IMG/VR virus record: IMGVR_UViG_3300023174_000033
Coordinates: 372,001-436,000 of that record
Reading direction: 5' to 3' (one strand)
DNA length: 64,000 nt
Shown: piece by piece, positions 20,140 through 31,040 of the stretch
Position numbering within the stretch: the stretch's first letter is position 1
Layout of the letters: every line of letters begins with the position of its first letter
The notes under the pieces: model-generated
The model's input: the letters and a program-made list of their open reading frames with translations, nothing else
What the model was told of the DNA's origin: nothing
Databases searched by the model: none
Program-made: the position numbers and the translations under genes

Positions 20140-21818
20140 AGTTTATTTATAAAGTTTATGTATTGGTCAAAATTTGATAACATATCAGGTATATCATAAT
20201 TCATAATGCTATTTAAATATCTTAGTGGTTGATCTACATCACTAGCTTCTAAATAATAATTTACATTACTAGCTCTTTGACATTTTTTAAATATTGGACT
20301 ATTCCTATAACTATCCCTCATATTTCTTATTTTATTATAAAGGATAAGAGCATCTTCTATAGTTTCCAATGGAGCATCTTGAATTTTCTTAACTATTGTT
20401 TTATTTACTTCTATTAATTTATTAACAAGTTTGGTATGATCTTCATCTGGAGAATTCGTTATTAGATAATCAAGATTTTTCTTCATATTGTTATTATACT
20501 CTATATTTGCTTCCATTCTTTCTTTGACATATCTAGCTGCTCTATCTACATAACGCTGTTTGTCATAACTATCTGCAGTCATAGAATTCAAAATACTATC
20601 AAATATTTCTTCCATTGCACTAAAGTTAAGACCTTGTAGAATATAATGACCAGCATAACCAAATCCAAAAACCCTTTGGAATATCCTTCTCAAACTAGAA
20701 ATATCATCAGTTATTTTGATATTCTGAGATATTTGTTTAATATATCTTTCAAAGTTAGCAGATTTAATATCATTCGGTAATTTTAGGGCTAATGCTCCTT
20801 CTCTAGATTCTTGTCTCTTAGCTTTCGTAATTCCAGTGTCAGTGATACTACCACTGGCACTACCACTACTCATCAGTTTCTTCATCTTAACATAATCTAA
20901 AACCAAAGCGAAGTGACCTTGCTTTAAATATTCTTCAACATCTGTAGAATTGCCTAAAGTCATTCTCCTTATTTCAAGTGGAGCATTCCATGTGTATGGA
21001 TCTGGTTTAACTTCTTCTTCTTCAACACTTTCCTCTACTTTTAGTTTGAGTTTTTTCAAATTAGTGGATCCCCTAATATCACCTGGTGATGAAACAACCC
21101 AAGAATATTTTGCAATTTTTTTCCAATTAGTACCATTTGGAGCACTTCCTGATGATTTATTTTGGAGCATGTAATTCAATCTACCCTCTCTATATAACAT
21201 AGCAACTCTCCAACCATCATCACTACCATCACTTGGTCTAAAATAGAATATATCACCTGTGTTATAATCATTTAAGTCAGAATATGTTAAATTCTCTTTT
21301 TCTACTTCGTACTTATCTATATTATCATCTAATGTTCCAGTAACACCAATACCCTGAGATCTTATTTTACCATCAGTGGCTGTTGTGTTTACATATTTAC
21401 CATCTTTATCAAACCAAAATTTAACCCATTTTATAGGGAAACTAGTTTTTGGTTTAATACCAGTTCCTTTACAAACATCACATTTAACCCTTCTTCTACC
21501 TTTACCCCAAGTTCTCAAAACAGTTCCTTGGTTTTCATCACCAGTTGGTCCAGAACACATCTCACCAGGTATAGTATCAGATTCATTATCACATGGTTCA
21601 TCTTCCATATTTGCAGCTAATGACAAAGCTTTATTATAAGGTAGATATTGAAATAAATCATCAGACAATTTAGACATAGGGAAGTTCATCTTACCACAAA
21701 ACTCTTCCAAAATTGTCTTGAATTGTCCTCTTTGACTTTTGTTCACATAGTTAAAAACCTTAGTTAAGGTTTTGGATTCAAAAGCTTCAAATAGTTTTAA
21801 ATATTGTAGATTTTTCAT
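20136..21818 (-). CDS. Hypothetical protein with N-tag (YLKLFEAF) and one CxxCxGxG motif
   Basis: 560 aa ORF, stop/start overlap. Confidence 0.8.
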   Translation of the reverse strand: MKNLQYLKLFEAFESKTLTKVFNYVNKSQRGQFKTILEEFCGKMNFPMSKLSDDLFQYLPYNKALSLAANMEDEPCDNESDTIPGEMCSGPTGDENQGTVLRTWGKGRRRVKCDVCKGTGIKPKTSFPIKWVKFWFDKDGKYVNTTATDGKIRSQGIGVTGTLDDNIDKYEVEKENLTYSDLNDYNTGDIFYFRPSDGSDDGWRVAMLYREGRLNYMLQNKSSGSAPNGTNWKKIAKYSWVVSSPGDIRGSTNLKKLKLKVEESVEEEEVKPDPYTWNAPLEIRRMTLGNSTDVEEYLKQGHFALVLDYVKMKKLMSSGSASGSITDTGITKAKRQESREGALALKLPNDIKSANFERYIKQISQNIKITDDISSLRRIFQRVFGFGYAGHYILQGLNFSAMEEIFDSILNSMTADSYDKQRYVDRAARYVKERMEANIEYNNNMKKNLDYLITNSPDEDHTKLVNKLIEVNKTIVKKIQDAPLETIEDALILYNKIRNMRDSYRNSPIFKKCQRASNVNYYLEASDVDQPLRYLNSIMNYDIPDMLSNFDQYINFINKL

Positions 21819-23482
21819 AATACTGGTCCAATTATTTCTATTTTCACACCTTGTTTTTTAAGGTCATTTATATAAGATTTGTTTTCAGATAAAGATAACA
21901 AATCACCTGAAATAACTAATTTTTTCATCTTTAATCCTCTAATAGAAGGAATAAAATCCTCATCATTCAAAGTATAAACTAAGTGCAATTCTCCTATATT
22001 TCCCATCTTGGATAAATCTAATCTCGTTGTATCACAAGAAATAATTTGTAACTTATTAATATCTTCTGGTAGACTACCCAAAACATCGCCACGAAACTCA
22101 CACTTATCAAATGCATATGAATCACTTTTTAGATTTTTGAAAACTGAAAGGTCTTTCAATGTTAAAAACTTAAATTTAATCCAATCTGGCTGCATTGGTA
22201 TATTTAATAATCCATCAGGTAATACTGATGATTGAATAATAATTTCTTTTAACTTAGCCTTTGGTGACACTTTTATATTAGACCAATCGATATTAGGAGT
22301 TAAAGTAATACTTTTTGTGTTAACACCAATATATCTTTTTGTATCAATGCTTAATCTATCCATATAAGGACTATCAATATTACCAGCAGCATCCTCAGGT
22401 AAGTCAGGTGTGAAATAGTATGTATCTCCTCTTCCACTAACTGAAGACATTTGAGTATGTTTCTCAACAATTTTATCCATAGAATCTTTACATCTATCAG
22501 GATAACATCTATCAAAAAATATTTTAGAATCTTTTGGGTCAAATGCTTCTAAGTTTCTAATCATCATTCTACAAAGTGGTAATTGTTCAGAAATAACTTC
22601 ACCCTTCCATTTGATTGGTGTGTTGAATATAACAAAAGCTGGTACTGTATTTGGATCAAAAACATTTCCAATTACTTTACCTCTATACATGCCAGTATAT
22701 AAGTGCTGACAAGAAGAATAATACTTGGAAATAGACATATTTAAAATATCTTTTGGATTATGTTTAATGTATAAATACATATCCTTTGAGAAGGGATTAT
22801 AATCTACTTCATAAGAACCTCCACTCAGGTCCTCAGCGGCAATATTTACAACATCTCTTACATATCCAGAGGAAAATATAGTAGCATCTACTTTTGTAGT
22901 TGGGAAACAATCATTGTAATCAGAAAGAAAAGTATTGATATTAACTAAGTTTTTTGAAAAAATAACTTCACCAGCTTCTTTAGTTCTTTTAATTATTTTA
23001 TTATCTTCATCTTTTAATGGAACTCCATTTTCATCCCTAGAAATTACTTCAGTAGCTTTTGTTTCACCAACAGAAATCTTTCTGAAAATTGGTTTTGCCA
23101 AAATAGTTATTGAATCAATAGAAGGAAATTGAATATTGAAATCTTCAAGAATTGATTCATATCTATCTTTATCAGGGCCAGCAAATAAGTCGATTTTAAT
23201 AGAATCTCCTAATACAGTTTTAAAATGGTCAGGTAAAGCTTGAAATTGTTTATACATTTCTTTTAAGTCTGTATTAAAAAACTCTGATAAGATAGCCATC
23301 TTATCATCATGGTCTAACTTCCAAACACCTTGTTGTATTCTATCAGTTGGTTCTATCTCTTCATATTCGAGATATTCTGAACCCCATTTATCTTCCACCT
23401 CTTTTGCCTGTCTCGGAAGGATAACATCCTTTATCTTGGCTTCTTCGAGAAGGAACTTTTCTCTTTTTGATAAAAATTTCAT
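21815..23482 (-). CDS. Hypothetical protein with LRR-like C-terminus
   Basis: 555 aa ORF. Confidence 0.8.
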   Translation of the reverse strand: MKFLSKREKFLLEEAKIKDVILPRQAKEVEDKWGSEYLEYEEIEPTDRIQQGVWKLDHDDKMAILSEFFNTDLKEMYKQFQALPDHFKTVLGDSIKIDLFAGPDKDRYESILEDFNIQFPSIDSITILAKPIFRKISVGETKATEVISRDENGVPLKDEDNKIIKRTKEAGEVIFSKNLVNINTFLSDYNDCFPTTKVDATIFSSGYVRDVVNIAAEDLSGGSYEVDYNPFSKDMYLYIKHNPKDILNMSISKYYSSCQHLYTGMYRGKVIGNVFDPNTVPAFVIFNTPIKWKGEVISEQLPLCRMMIRNLEAFDPKDSKIFFDRCYPDRCKDSMDKIVEKHTQMSSVSGRGDTYYFTPDLPEDAAGNIDSPYMDRLSIDTKRYIGVNTKSITLTPNIDWSNIKVSPKAKLKEIIIQSSVLPDGLLNIPMQPDWIKFKFLTLKDLSVFKNLKSDSYAFDKCEFRGDVLGSLPEDINKLQIISCDTTRLDLSKMGNIGELHLVYTLNDEDFIPSIRGLKMKKLVISGDLLSLSENKSYINDLKKQGVKIEIIGPVL

Positions 23483-23526
23483 ATACTATATATATTTTGA
23501 CCCATTATATATTAAGTATATCAAAC

Positions 23527-23553
23527 AAAAAATCCCCTTTCGGGGATTTTTTT
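23527..23553. terminator. Bidirectional intrinsic terminator
   Basis: AAAAAATCCCC-TTTC-GGGGATTTTTT. Confidence 0.85.
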
Positions 23554-23866
23554 ATTGTTCAGCAGCTTTGATTTTATCTCTCAATTCAGCAGCTTTTTCG
23601 TAATCCTCACTATCAACTGCTCTTTTTAATTGTCTTTTCAGTAAATCAACATTTACCCTTTTTTTGATTTCGGAGGTGAGTCGTTCCATTCTTATCCCCC
23701 CATCTTTAGAAACCCAAATTTCTTTTTTTACAATGTGGTGTTTAGTCTCTGATGTCTCAATAGTTTTTGACCAATTTGGATCATCGTCTGCTGGGAAATT
23801 TAAGGATGATTCAGAACTTTGGGCGAACATATCCCCACCAAGAAGAAGTGCAAATAAATCTTTCAT
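23552..23866 (-). CDS. UvrB/UvrC-motif protein
   Basis: LKRQLKRAVDSEDYEKAAELRDKIK; likely start MKDLF at 23866. Confidence 0.8.
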   Translation of the reverse strand: MKDLFALLLGGDMFAQSSESSLNFPADDDPNWSKTIETSETKHHIVKKEIWVSKDGGIRMERLTSEIKKRVNVDLLKRQLKRAVDSEDYEKAAELRDKIKAAEQ

Positions 23867-24054
23867 ATACTTATTATTATTTTTATTATACATATTTTAC
23901 AATTACTATACCAATTTTAATTTTATGTCAAATTGACATTTTTGTGAATGAATAATCACCTTTATCCTTCATACTACAAAGATAGTAGTATTTATATAAA
24001 AAGTCAAGCCCTTCCAGAAAAAATTTAATATATAACTAAAATTCAAAAATCCAT

Positions 24055-24714
24055 ATGAATAAGTTTTCAGAAATAATAAATGAGTCGCAAAGTTTTGAAG
24101 AATTAGAAGACCACTTCATTCCTATATACGACACTTTGGGACAACCAAGTATATCAAATCTAAAATTCGGAGAAAAACAAGGTTATATTTTCAAATGGAA
24201 TCTTAATTTTGAAATAGAAAATTACAACGGAAATAAAGAAATAGGGGAAATTCTAAAAATATTTGAATGTATAAAAACCATATCCCAATCTACAAAAAGG
24301 ATTTTAGAGTTTGATGTTGATTTCAAAATCCAATCAGATTCACTATATGTGAGGTTGACTCCACAAAGTAATGATTCTGATGCTGAATATAAATTCATAG
24401 TTAAGCAAGAATGGAGGCAGATTATCTTGGACTATGGTCAGATATCTAAATTTTTCAAAGACAATGGTTATTCTATCAGAAATACCAAGGTGGACGATAA
24501 TGAATACGAAGAAACTTCTGGAATTTATATCATTACCGATGCACCAGATTATATTACATCAAAATTTGAAGATCTTTTTCTATCAGAATTTAACTATGAA
24601 TACATTGACGAGGAAAGTATAAATAGAAAAATTAGTTGTACTGCTCAAGGAAACATGGTTTATATATTTCCGGAGGAGGAAAAAACATTTGTTATATTAA
24701 ATCAAGAGGTATGA
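24055..24714 (+). CDS. Hypothetical protein (MNKFSEIINES tag variant)
   Basis: TAATATATA at 24027. Confidence 0.75.
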   Translation: MNKFSEIINESQSFEELEDHFIPIYDTLGQPSISNLKFGEKQGYIFKWNLNFEIENYNGNKEIGEILKIFECIKTISQSTKRILEFDVDFKIQSDSLYVRLTPQSNDSDAEYKFIVKQEWRQIILDYGQISKFFKDNGYSIRNTKVDDNEYEETSGIYIITDAPDYITSKFEDLFLSEFNYEYIDEESINRKISCTAQGNMVYIFPEEEKTFVILNQEV

Positions 24715-25526
24715 TAATTAGAAAACTAGGAGGGTTTAAGCCGAATATTATTATATTCCAAGGATCTCCAAGAAGTGAAAACTCTTGTGCCGGTCAAAAA
24801 AGTAAATCGGAAAAGGTTTGTGAATATTTACTTGATAAATGGTCTCCATTTGTAAACTTTGAATACATAGATTTGAGCGTAGGTAAAGTAAAAATACAAC
24901 CTTGTAAGGGTTGTGTTTCAACAGCAAATGGGATGCACTGTCATTGGAAATGTACTTGTTATTCAAAAGGTTCTGAAAAATCACCAGATCTTATGTATGA
25001 AGCTGATATCTATGATAAATTACAAAATTGTCATGGGTTTATGGTAATTAGTCCGATAAATTGGTATGCAGTTTCTACCCAAGTAAAAGCTATGTTTGAT
25101 AGATTAGTTTGTGCAAATCAAACTATTACAAAAGAACAAGCTATTGAAATATTTGGGGATGGAAATATAAAAATGGCAGATTTTACTGGACAAGCTGAAC
25201 TTGAAGGTGAATACAAACACTTACTAAAAAACCATTTAGAAGGAAAATGGGCTTCGTTTTTAGTACATGGTGATGATGGGGCGAACGATTATGATGGAAA
25301 CCAACCTTTTACAGGTGATTTATCTTGGGATGTGAGGAATTCAGTAATGCCACTTGTATATCAGTGTAGATATTCGGGGTTAAATTGTCCTGATGATTTA
25401 GTAGAATCTTTCTACATAAACAAAGGACTTGATTACTTTGAAGCAAATTTACAACCAAATAAAGAACTATTTGATAGGGCGGACAATCTAATGGATAAAC
25501 TTATCAGTTATCTCGATCATCCGTAA
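24711..25526 (+). CDS. Flavodoxin-fold NAD(P)H-dependent FMN reductase / iron-sulfur flavoprotein-like
   Basis: FQGSPRS, IQPCKGC...C...C, SPINWYAVSTQVKAMFDRL; ATG overlaps the upstream TGA. Confidence 0.8.
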   Translation: MIIRKLGGFKPNIIIFQGSPRSENSCAGQKSKSEKVCEYLLDKWSPFVNFEYIDLSVGKVKIQPCKGCVSTANGMHCHWKCTCYSKGSEKSPDLMYEADIYDKLQNCHGFMVISPINWYAVSTQVKAMFDRLVCANQTITKEQAIEIFGDGNIKMADFTGQAELEGEYKHLLKNHLEGKWASFLVHGDDGANDYDGNQPFTGDLSWDVRNSVMPLVYQCRYSGLNCPDDLVESFYINKGLDYFEANLQPNKELFDRADNLMDKLISYLDHP

Positions 25527-25701
25527 ATGAAAATCTATCTCTCATCCACTCAACATAAACGGTCATTGGAAAGGATAAAATTATAGAAAGTATCACTTCA
25601 ATTGTCGTCAAATTAGAATTGTGTGTGTAGAAAAGAAACGAACTGAAAATCAGACAAAGTATAAATGTTACGACAGTGCTAATATCTGCTGTAATTTTCA
25701 T
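25504..25701 (-). CDS. Small membrane protein
   Basis: Two hydrophobic helices. Confidence 0.55.
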   Translation of the reverse strand: MKITADISTVVTFILCLIFSSFLFYTHNSNLTTIEVILSIILSFPMTVYVEWMRDRFSFTDDRDN

Positions 25702-25736
25702 GATGATAGAATTATTTTTTCGTAAGGTATATATAC

Positions 25737-25768
25737 AAAAAAAGTCCCCAAGTTTGGGGACTTTTTTT
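25737..25768. terminator. Bidirectional intrinsic terminator
   Basis: AAAAAAAGTCCCCA-AGTT-TGGGGACTTTTTTT. Confidence 0.85.
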
Positions 25769-25785
25769 ATTACTCGTAAATAGTG

Positions 25786-28700
25786 TTATTCAACAATGAG
25801 TGTTTTAGTCACACAAGTTTTTGGAGTTTCAACTTTGATAAAGTATTGTCCTTTTTGTGTTGGTTTTGAAACCTTCACAGTATTAGATTTGAAAAATCCA
25901 TTGGATACTACTCTACCCATTACATCGGTGACAACAATTTTAACACTACCAGATTTCTCAGGTACTCTTACTGTGATGTTATCAGATTTTACTGGGTTTG
26001 GATAAACACTTACAAAATCATTTTTGTTAAGGTCATTAACACTTGTCAATGCATTTGTGAAAATGATTTCAAATCTATCATTGAATTCACCAGATTGGGA
26101 ATAAAAACTAATTGTGTTCCCAGTGATTTCGGTGATAATACCATTGTAATTATCTTTTAGATACATTTTATTATATCCATTCACAAGATTAATACCATCA
26201 AATTGGAATCCGTAAGTGCCAGAGTTTCTAACAGTGAATCCAAGTGGAATGTTCATTGTTTCATCTGTACCAGGCATTGCGTTGATTGCCAATTTCTCAT
26301 TACCAACCATCGTATAAACGTTAAGGTCAGGATTCATCAATTTACTAGCGTCGAGTGAAGTTTCATATCCACTCTCGGAACCTTCCACGAATTGGAAAAG
26401 AGATGCATCAATATGACTGTTTTCATCTTTCAATCTGATTTCAAGCGCATTTTGTTGATTATCAGTAGCAGTTCTGAAAAATGAACCACTAGATAGAGCT
26501 TTAGCAGTCTGTGGAATAGTCAATGTAGAAGCTGATGTACACTTTACAAAGAAAGCTTGACCTGAAGCGATTGGAGAAATAGAACTGTTCAGAGTAACAC
26601 CAGTCAATCCACCAACAGTACCTTGATATTCGTATTGATTAGTGATTGGATTCCAAATAACAACTACTTGTTGAACACCCGCTCCCCAAGAAAATCCAGA
26701 TGTATTTACAGCGGAAAGGTGTGGGTTCATTACAAGGTTCCAACCAGGATAGCTTGAAGATCCATTGTAATTAAGAGTAATTGCACTTGGGTTCATACCG
26801 TAAGTGCCAGTATTGTCAAGAGTTCTGCCAGATTTGATATAAACTCTATATCCTTTATATTGGTCGATATTAGAAGTGACTGGCACAATCCAACCTTTTG
26901 TGGTAGTACTACTGTAAGGTACTGCATCATTATTATTTTGGTCATACTCATAAATCATAGAGGTAAAATACCCTGGGTTTGGAGTATGAACACCTGGCAT
27001 AGGTCCTTGTGTTTCAGCACCTGGTAGGTCATCACGCCAGTCGCTAAGTGATTGACCAGACATAACAGTTCCGGTAAAGTGCCAACCATCATTAGCAACA
27101 TATCTTTCGGATGTAATGTTTCCAGATATTGTCCCAGTAGAATTAGCTATTCTCGCAGTCGAACTGCCAGTAGATTTTAAAATAATTACACCATTTGAGT
27201 TGAGTGTGCCAGATGTCACAGTCAAAGAACCAAATACATCAATCTTAGAAGCCGGTGTTAGGGTAACAGACGTACCTTGACCAGCAGTGATATCAGTAAG
27301 TAAGTTTCCTACTTGAATATTACCATTTATTCCAGTTGAGATGCCACAAGAATAACCAGCAGTTGTGTTATTATTTCTTGCATAAATTGTTCCTCCAACA
27401 GTTAAATTACCATTGACTGTTAGTGTACCACCTCTCTGACCAGTAGCAGCTCCATCAAAGCCATCAAGAGCAAAATCAGTAGTTGCATCAGACATATTTA
27501 GTGTTTTACCCTCCATTACAGTGGTATTGAGGACTGAGTTATCTACGTTTGAATATATACCAGCACCTCCAGTAAACCTAACATTAACATTTGAGTTAAT
27601 GAAAAGTGATGTTTGTTGGTTAATAACAGTATTTTTCCTCATACGACCAATATCTGTTGTACCATTACCTTTGATAAAGATGGTGTTTCCTTCAAGGCCA
27701 AAACAAATTGGGTTATAAGTAGCACCAGTTCCAATAACACCATTGTTGCTGATATCACCATTGATATAAAGAAACTTGTTATCAGCAGTTGTAGTTCCGG
27801 TTGCAATCAAAGTACCACCTTGATTTACAATTAGTTCTCTACAAGTAACTGCAGATCCACTCTGTGATAGTTGAACAACATCACCATTTTGAATAACAAG
27901 ACCTCTAGCAGTATTCATACCACCAATTGCAGCTAGTGTAGATGGTGTTCCTGTTGGGGAAAGTGACCAAATAGCATCAGTGTGAGAAAGACCAGAACCC
28001 CTTGAATAGATGTTTACAAGAGTTGGAGTAGCAGTTACCTCAACACCAGGACTATATTGAGATCCGAACTTTACAAAAATCTTGAAATAGTAAAGTTGGT
28101 TAAGTGTAAGACCAGTAATAACTTGTGGTGAAGCAGTACCAGTATAAACTACACGACCACCACCAATAAAAGCGGGAGCGGCTGCGTAGTTAGTATTACC
28201 AAAATATGTACCACTTGGAGTACCGGTGATTGAAGATGTATGTGCTACAATAACAATTTGAGATACACAAGCTGGGTTTGTCCAAGAAAGTTGAACAGTT
28301 GGTTGACCACCAACAGCATTTGGTGAAGCAACATCATCTAAAACACCAGCAGAAGTTGTAACAGTAGAACCAGCACTTGGTGTTCCTACTTTTACAGAAA
28401 GAGGATTACTATAAGTAATACTAGTAAGTGATGTAGATGTGATGTTGATTGAGTTACCAACAGATGCACAACCACTTACAGAAGCAACTACAAAAAGATA
28501 TCTTGTTGTTCCAACTGGGATATTCTGTCCAATACCAGTGAATGCCAAAGTCTGACCAGCACCAGTACTTGTTGAGATTGTAGAAAGAACTGGGTCAGTA
28601 ACATCATAAGTACCATCAGTAGAAAGTACCAATTTGAAACTTGTGAAGTCAGAAGATGCGTAAGAACCAGCAGTTTTTACAGTTATACCAGTTAAAAGAG

Positions 28701-30828
28701 CATTACCATCAGCAACATCTAATTGAACACTATAAATAGGTTGTGATGTTCCTTGAGCAGCACTTGAAACAGGTGTTGTGAAAGTGTGAGTGATTGTAGG
28801 TGTTGGTACATTTACAGGAGCAAATGATACACCTTTAAAAAGAACCTGTGTTGAAGCAGGTGATGTAATGATTGGAGAACCAGAAGCTGTAATGATATCA
28901 GAACCTGAACTTGTAATATTAGCAGTTACTGCTGAATTATCAGTAAACTTATAGATTTCATTAGCAGGTGATGTGGTTGATCCAAGACAGATATAGAGAA
29001 CTCTATTTCCACCTACAACTTGAACACCAATACCGTGCACAGTTCTACCAGTTGGATTTGGAAGATTTCCTCTTTTTGTCCAAACACCACCAGTATTTGA
29101 GAACTTAACAACACCTTGAGTTGCTGTTGCATTAGCATCAGCTACATACATAACATCAGGTGTTCCATTATCATCAACATCAGCGAAAACAAAACCTCTT
29201 GGGTCAAGTAGTTCTGTATTTGATGTAGTTCCACTCAAAATTGTGTGTGTATTTCCTGTGGTTGTTGGAAGACCAGCACCAACTGTTGAAATACCAATGT
29301 TCACAGATTGAGCACTTGAATAAAGTTGTGAGTTGTAAATAGCAGTTCCCCTAGTATTCACAGTAGTTGTTGAAACTTGGGTAGAAGTAGAAGCACCAAG
29401 TGCAACATATCTTGTACCACCACCAGTTCCAGCACCTCCTGTCCAGAATGCACTACCATCAACAGTAGCAGCTGAACGAATTGAGTTACCATCATAACCA
29501 TCACTAATACGAGTTGAAGTATTGATTGTACCATTTTGAGTAACCCTAGCAACAATCCTATTTGTTCCAGTAGCAGTACTTGAACTAATACCAATAACAC
29601 CTGGGATGTTATCATACCCACCAAAAGTAAGATATTGACCATCAGGTGAAAGGTTAAGGAAACCTTCGGTTGTAGAAGTACCACTCATAGTGAACTTCCT
29701 ATTTGAACCACTTGTTACAAATGGCATTGGTACACTTTGTACTAAAGTACCTGTGGTGGTGTATTCATCAATGAACACAGGTGCTGAATTTGTTGATAAA
29801 GTTGTACCACCAACTTCACCAACACGAAGAGTTAGGATATTACCAGCAGTGAAAGCAGAACCACCAGAATAAATCTGACCAGTTACAGCCCTTGAAATAG
29901 TTGGTGCTGGTGAAGATACAAAATCAACATTTCCAGTATATGTACCAACGGATGCTGATGTAGTAAGTTTAGCAAAAACTGTGGTTGCTGATACATTACC
30001 ACCAGATTGGTTTAGTGTTAAACTAGATGAAAAAGGACCAGTTGATGAAGTTGAGAATTCATATCCAGAAAGTGTACCCACGGTGATGTTGTTGGTTAGG
30101 TTATTACCACTTACTGATACCGATTGAACTTCTGAACCAAGACCAGAATTTCCATAAAACTTAGCAAATGTTCCAGTAACAGTGACTGTAGGCACAGGTA
30201 AAAAACCAGTTAGAGTAATATCATCAAGTCTAGTTGATGCAGTACCAGCTTTTAACCACCTAAGTTTTAGTCCATTGATTTGACCAGCAACTGGGATGGA
30301 GATTGCAGGTGATTGATACCAAGCAACAGCCGCAGTAGCTGTTTGAGAAAAGGTAAATGGAATATTTACCCAAGCAGTACCATTCCAATAATCTACTGTT
30401 AGTGTAGGTAATACTGTTGCACTTTCTTTTCTATATCCAAATTGGAGTGATAGAGAAGTGTAGGCAGATGCGTTTATACCCTCAATTGCAAAACCATACT
30501 GACCACTAGTGGAAGTTAAGAATACATTACCACCAGCCGAAGCACCAGTGTAACCGGTTGAAGTACTGGTGTTTCTGATATCACCAGGAGTTGTTGCTCC
30601 ACCACTTGTCATAGTAAGAGCAGTGTTTGTGAAACCGTTAGCTGTTTCATGAGCAGCAATTGTAGTAGTTGCAGAAGGTGTACCCATGGTTTCTTGAGTA
30701 ATAACGGGGGATTGCCCAAACACAGTAGGGGCACAAAAAAGTCCTGAGATCAGGACAGCGCAGAAAAGGGACAATACGTTACTAAATCCTGTTCGGAAAT
30801 TAGTACAAAAATTGTAAAGGTGTGACAT
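25786..30828 (-). CDS. Large secreted multidomain protein with T9SS type-A C-terminal sorting domain
   Basis: N-terminal signal peptide; Thr/Ser/Gly-rich beta domains; GWNLVMNP; C-terminal SVYPNPVKSDNITV...DVMGRVV...KGQYFIKV. Confidence 0.85.
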   Translation of the reverse strand: MSHLYNFCTNFRTGFSNVLSLFCAVLISGLFCAPTVFGQSPVITQETMGTPSATTTIAAHETANGFTNTALTMTSGGATTPGDIRNTSTSTGYTGASAGGNVFLTSTSGQYGFAIEGINASAYTSLSLQFGYRKESATVLPTLTVDYWNGTAWVNIPFTFSQTATAAVAWYQSPAISIPVAGQINGLKLRWLKAGTASTRLDDITLTGFLPVPTVTVTGTFAKFYGNSGLGSEVQSVSVSGNNLTNNITVGTLSGYEFSTSSTGPFSSSLTLNQSGGNVSATTVFAKLTTSASVGTYTGNVDFVSSPAPTISRAVTGQIYSGGSAFTAGNILTLRVGEVGGTTLSTNSAPVFIDEYTTTGTLVQSVPMPFVTSGSNRKFTMSGTSTTEGFLNLSPDGQYLTFGGYDNIPGVIGISSSTATGTNRIVARVTQNGTINTSTRISDGYDGNSIRSAATVDGSAFWTGGAGTGGGTRYVALGASTSTQVSTTTVNTRGTAIYNSQLYSSAQSVNIGISTVGAGLPTTTGNTHTILSGTTSNTELLDPRGFVFADVDDNGTPDVMYVADANATATQGVVKFSNTGGVWTKRGNLPNPTGRTVHGIGVQVVGGNRVLYICLGSTTSPANEIYKFTDNSAVTANITSSGSDIITASGSPIITSPASTQVLFKGVSFAPVNVPTPTITHTFTTPVSSAAQGTSQPIYSVQLDVADGNALLTGITVKTAGSYASSDFTSFKLVLSTDGTYDVTDPVLSTISTSTGAGQTLAFTGIGQNIPVGTTRYLFVVASVSGCASVGNSINITSTSLTSITYSNPLSVKVGTPSAGSTVTTSAGVLDDVASPNAVGGQPTVQLSWTNPACVSQIVIVAHTSSITGTPSGTYFGNTNYAAAPAFIGGGRVVYTGTASPQVITGLTLNQLYYFKIFVKFGSQYSPGVEVTATPTLVNIYSRGSGLSHTDAIWSLSPTGTPSTLAAIGGMNTARGLVIQNGDVVQLSQSGSAVTCRELIVNQGGTLIATGTTTADNKFLYINGDISNNGVIGTGATYNPICFGLEGNTIFIKGNGTTDIGRMRKNTVINQQTSLFINSNVNVRFTGGAGIYSNVDNSVLNTTVMEGKTLNMSDATTDFALDGFDGAATGQRGGTLTVNGNLTVGGTIYARNNNTTAGYSCGISTGINGNIQVGNLLTDITAGQGTSVTLTPASKIDVFGSLTVTSGTLNSNGVIILKSTGSSTARIANSTGTISGNITSERYVANDGWHFTGTVMSGQSLSDWRDDLPGAETQGPMPGVHTPNPGYFTSMIYEYDQNNNDAVPYSSTTTKGWIVPVTSNIDQYKGYRVYIKSGRTLDNTGTYGMNPSAITLNYNGSSSYPGWNLVMNPHLSAVNTSGFSWGAGVQQVVVIWNPITNQYEYQGTVGGLTGVTLNSSISPIASGQAFFVKCTSASTLTIPQTAKALSSGSFFRTATDNQQNALEIRLKDENSHIDASLFQFVEGSESGYETSLDASKLMNPDLNVYTMVGNEKLAINAMPGTDETMNIPLGFTVRNSGTYGFQFDGINLVNGYNKMYLKDNYNGIITEITGNTISFYSQSGEFNDRFEIIFTNALTSVNDLNKNDFVSVYPNPVKSDNITVRVPEKSGSVKIVVTDVMGRVVSNGFFKSNTVKVSKPTQKGQYFIKVETPKTCVTKTLIVE

Positions 30829-31040
30829 AAAGTTTTTTTTGTTTTTGTAAAGTTATTTTTTTTTAAGTTTTGTGATTAATTCGGCAGAACCAAAACTACT
30901 AACATTTTGCCGAATGAATCTTTACTTTTAACACAAATTAGCACCACCAAAATTTGCGACATGGCTTAGACTCAAAACCAAAATATATATCGCCCAAAAA
31001 AGGTTTAGTTTAGAAAACCTGGATTTATTATCCATACGAA

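Noticed and set aside
23927-23971. Regulatory uORF MKDKGDYSFTKMSI behind the TATCTTTG at 23976
   Set aside because: 14 codons with no supporting feature; indistinguishable from chance
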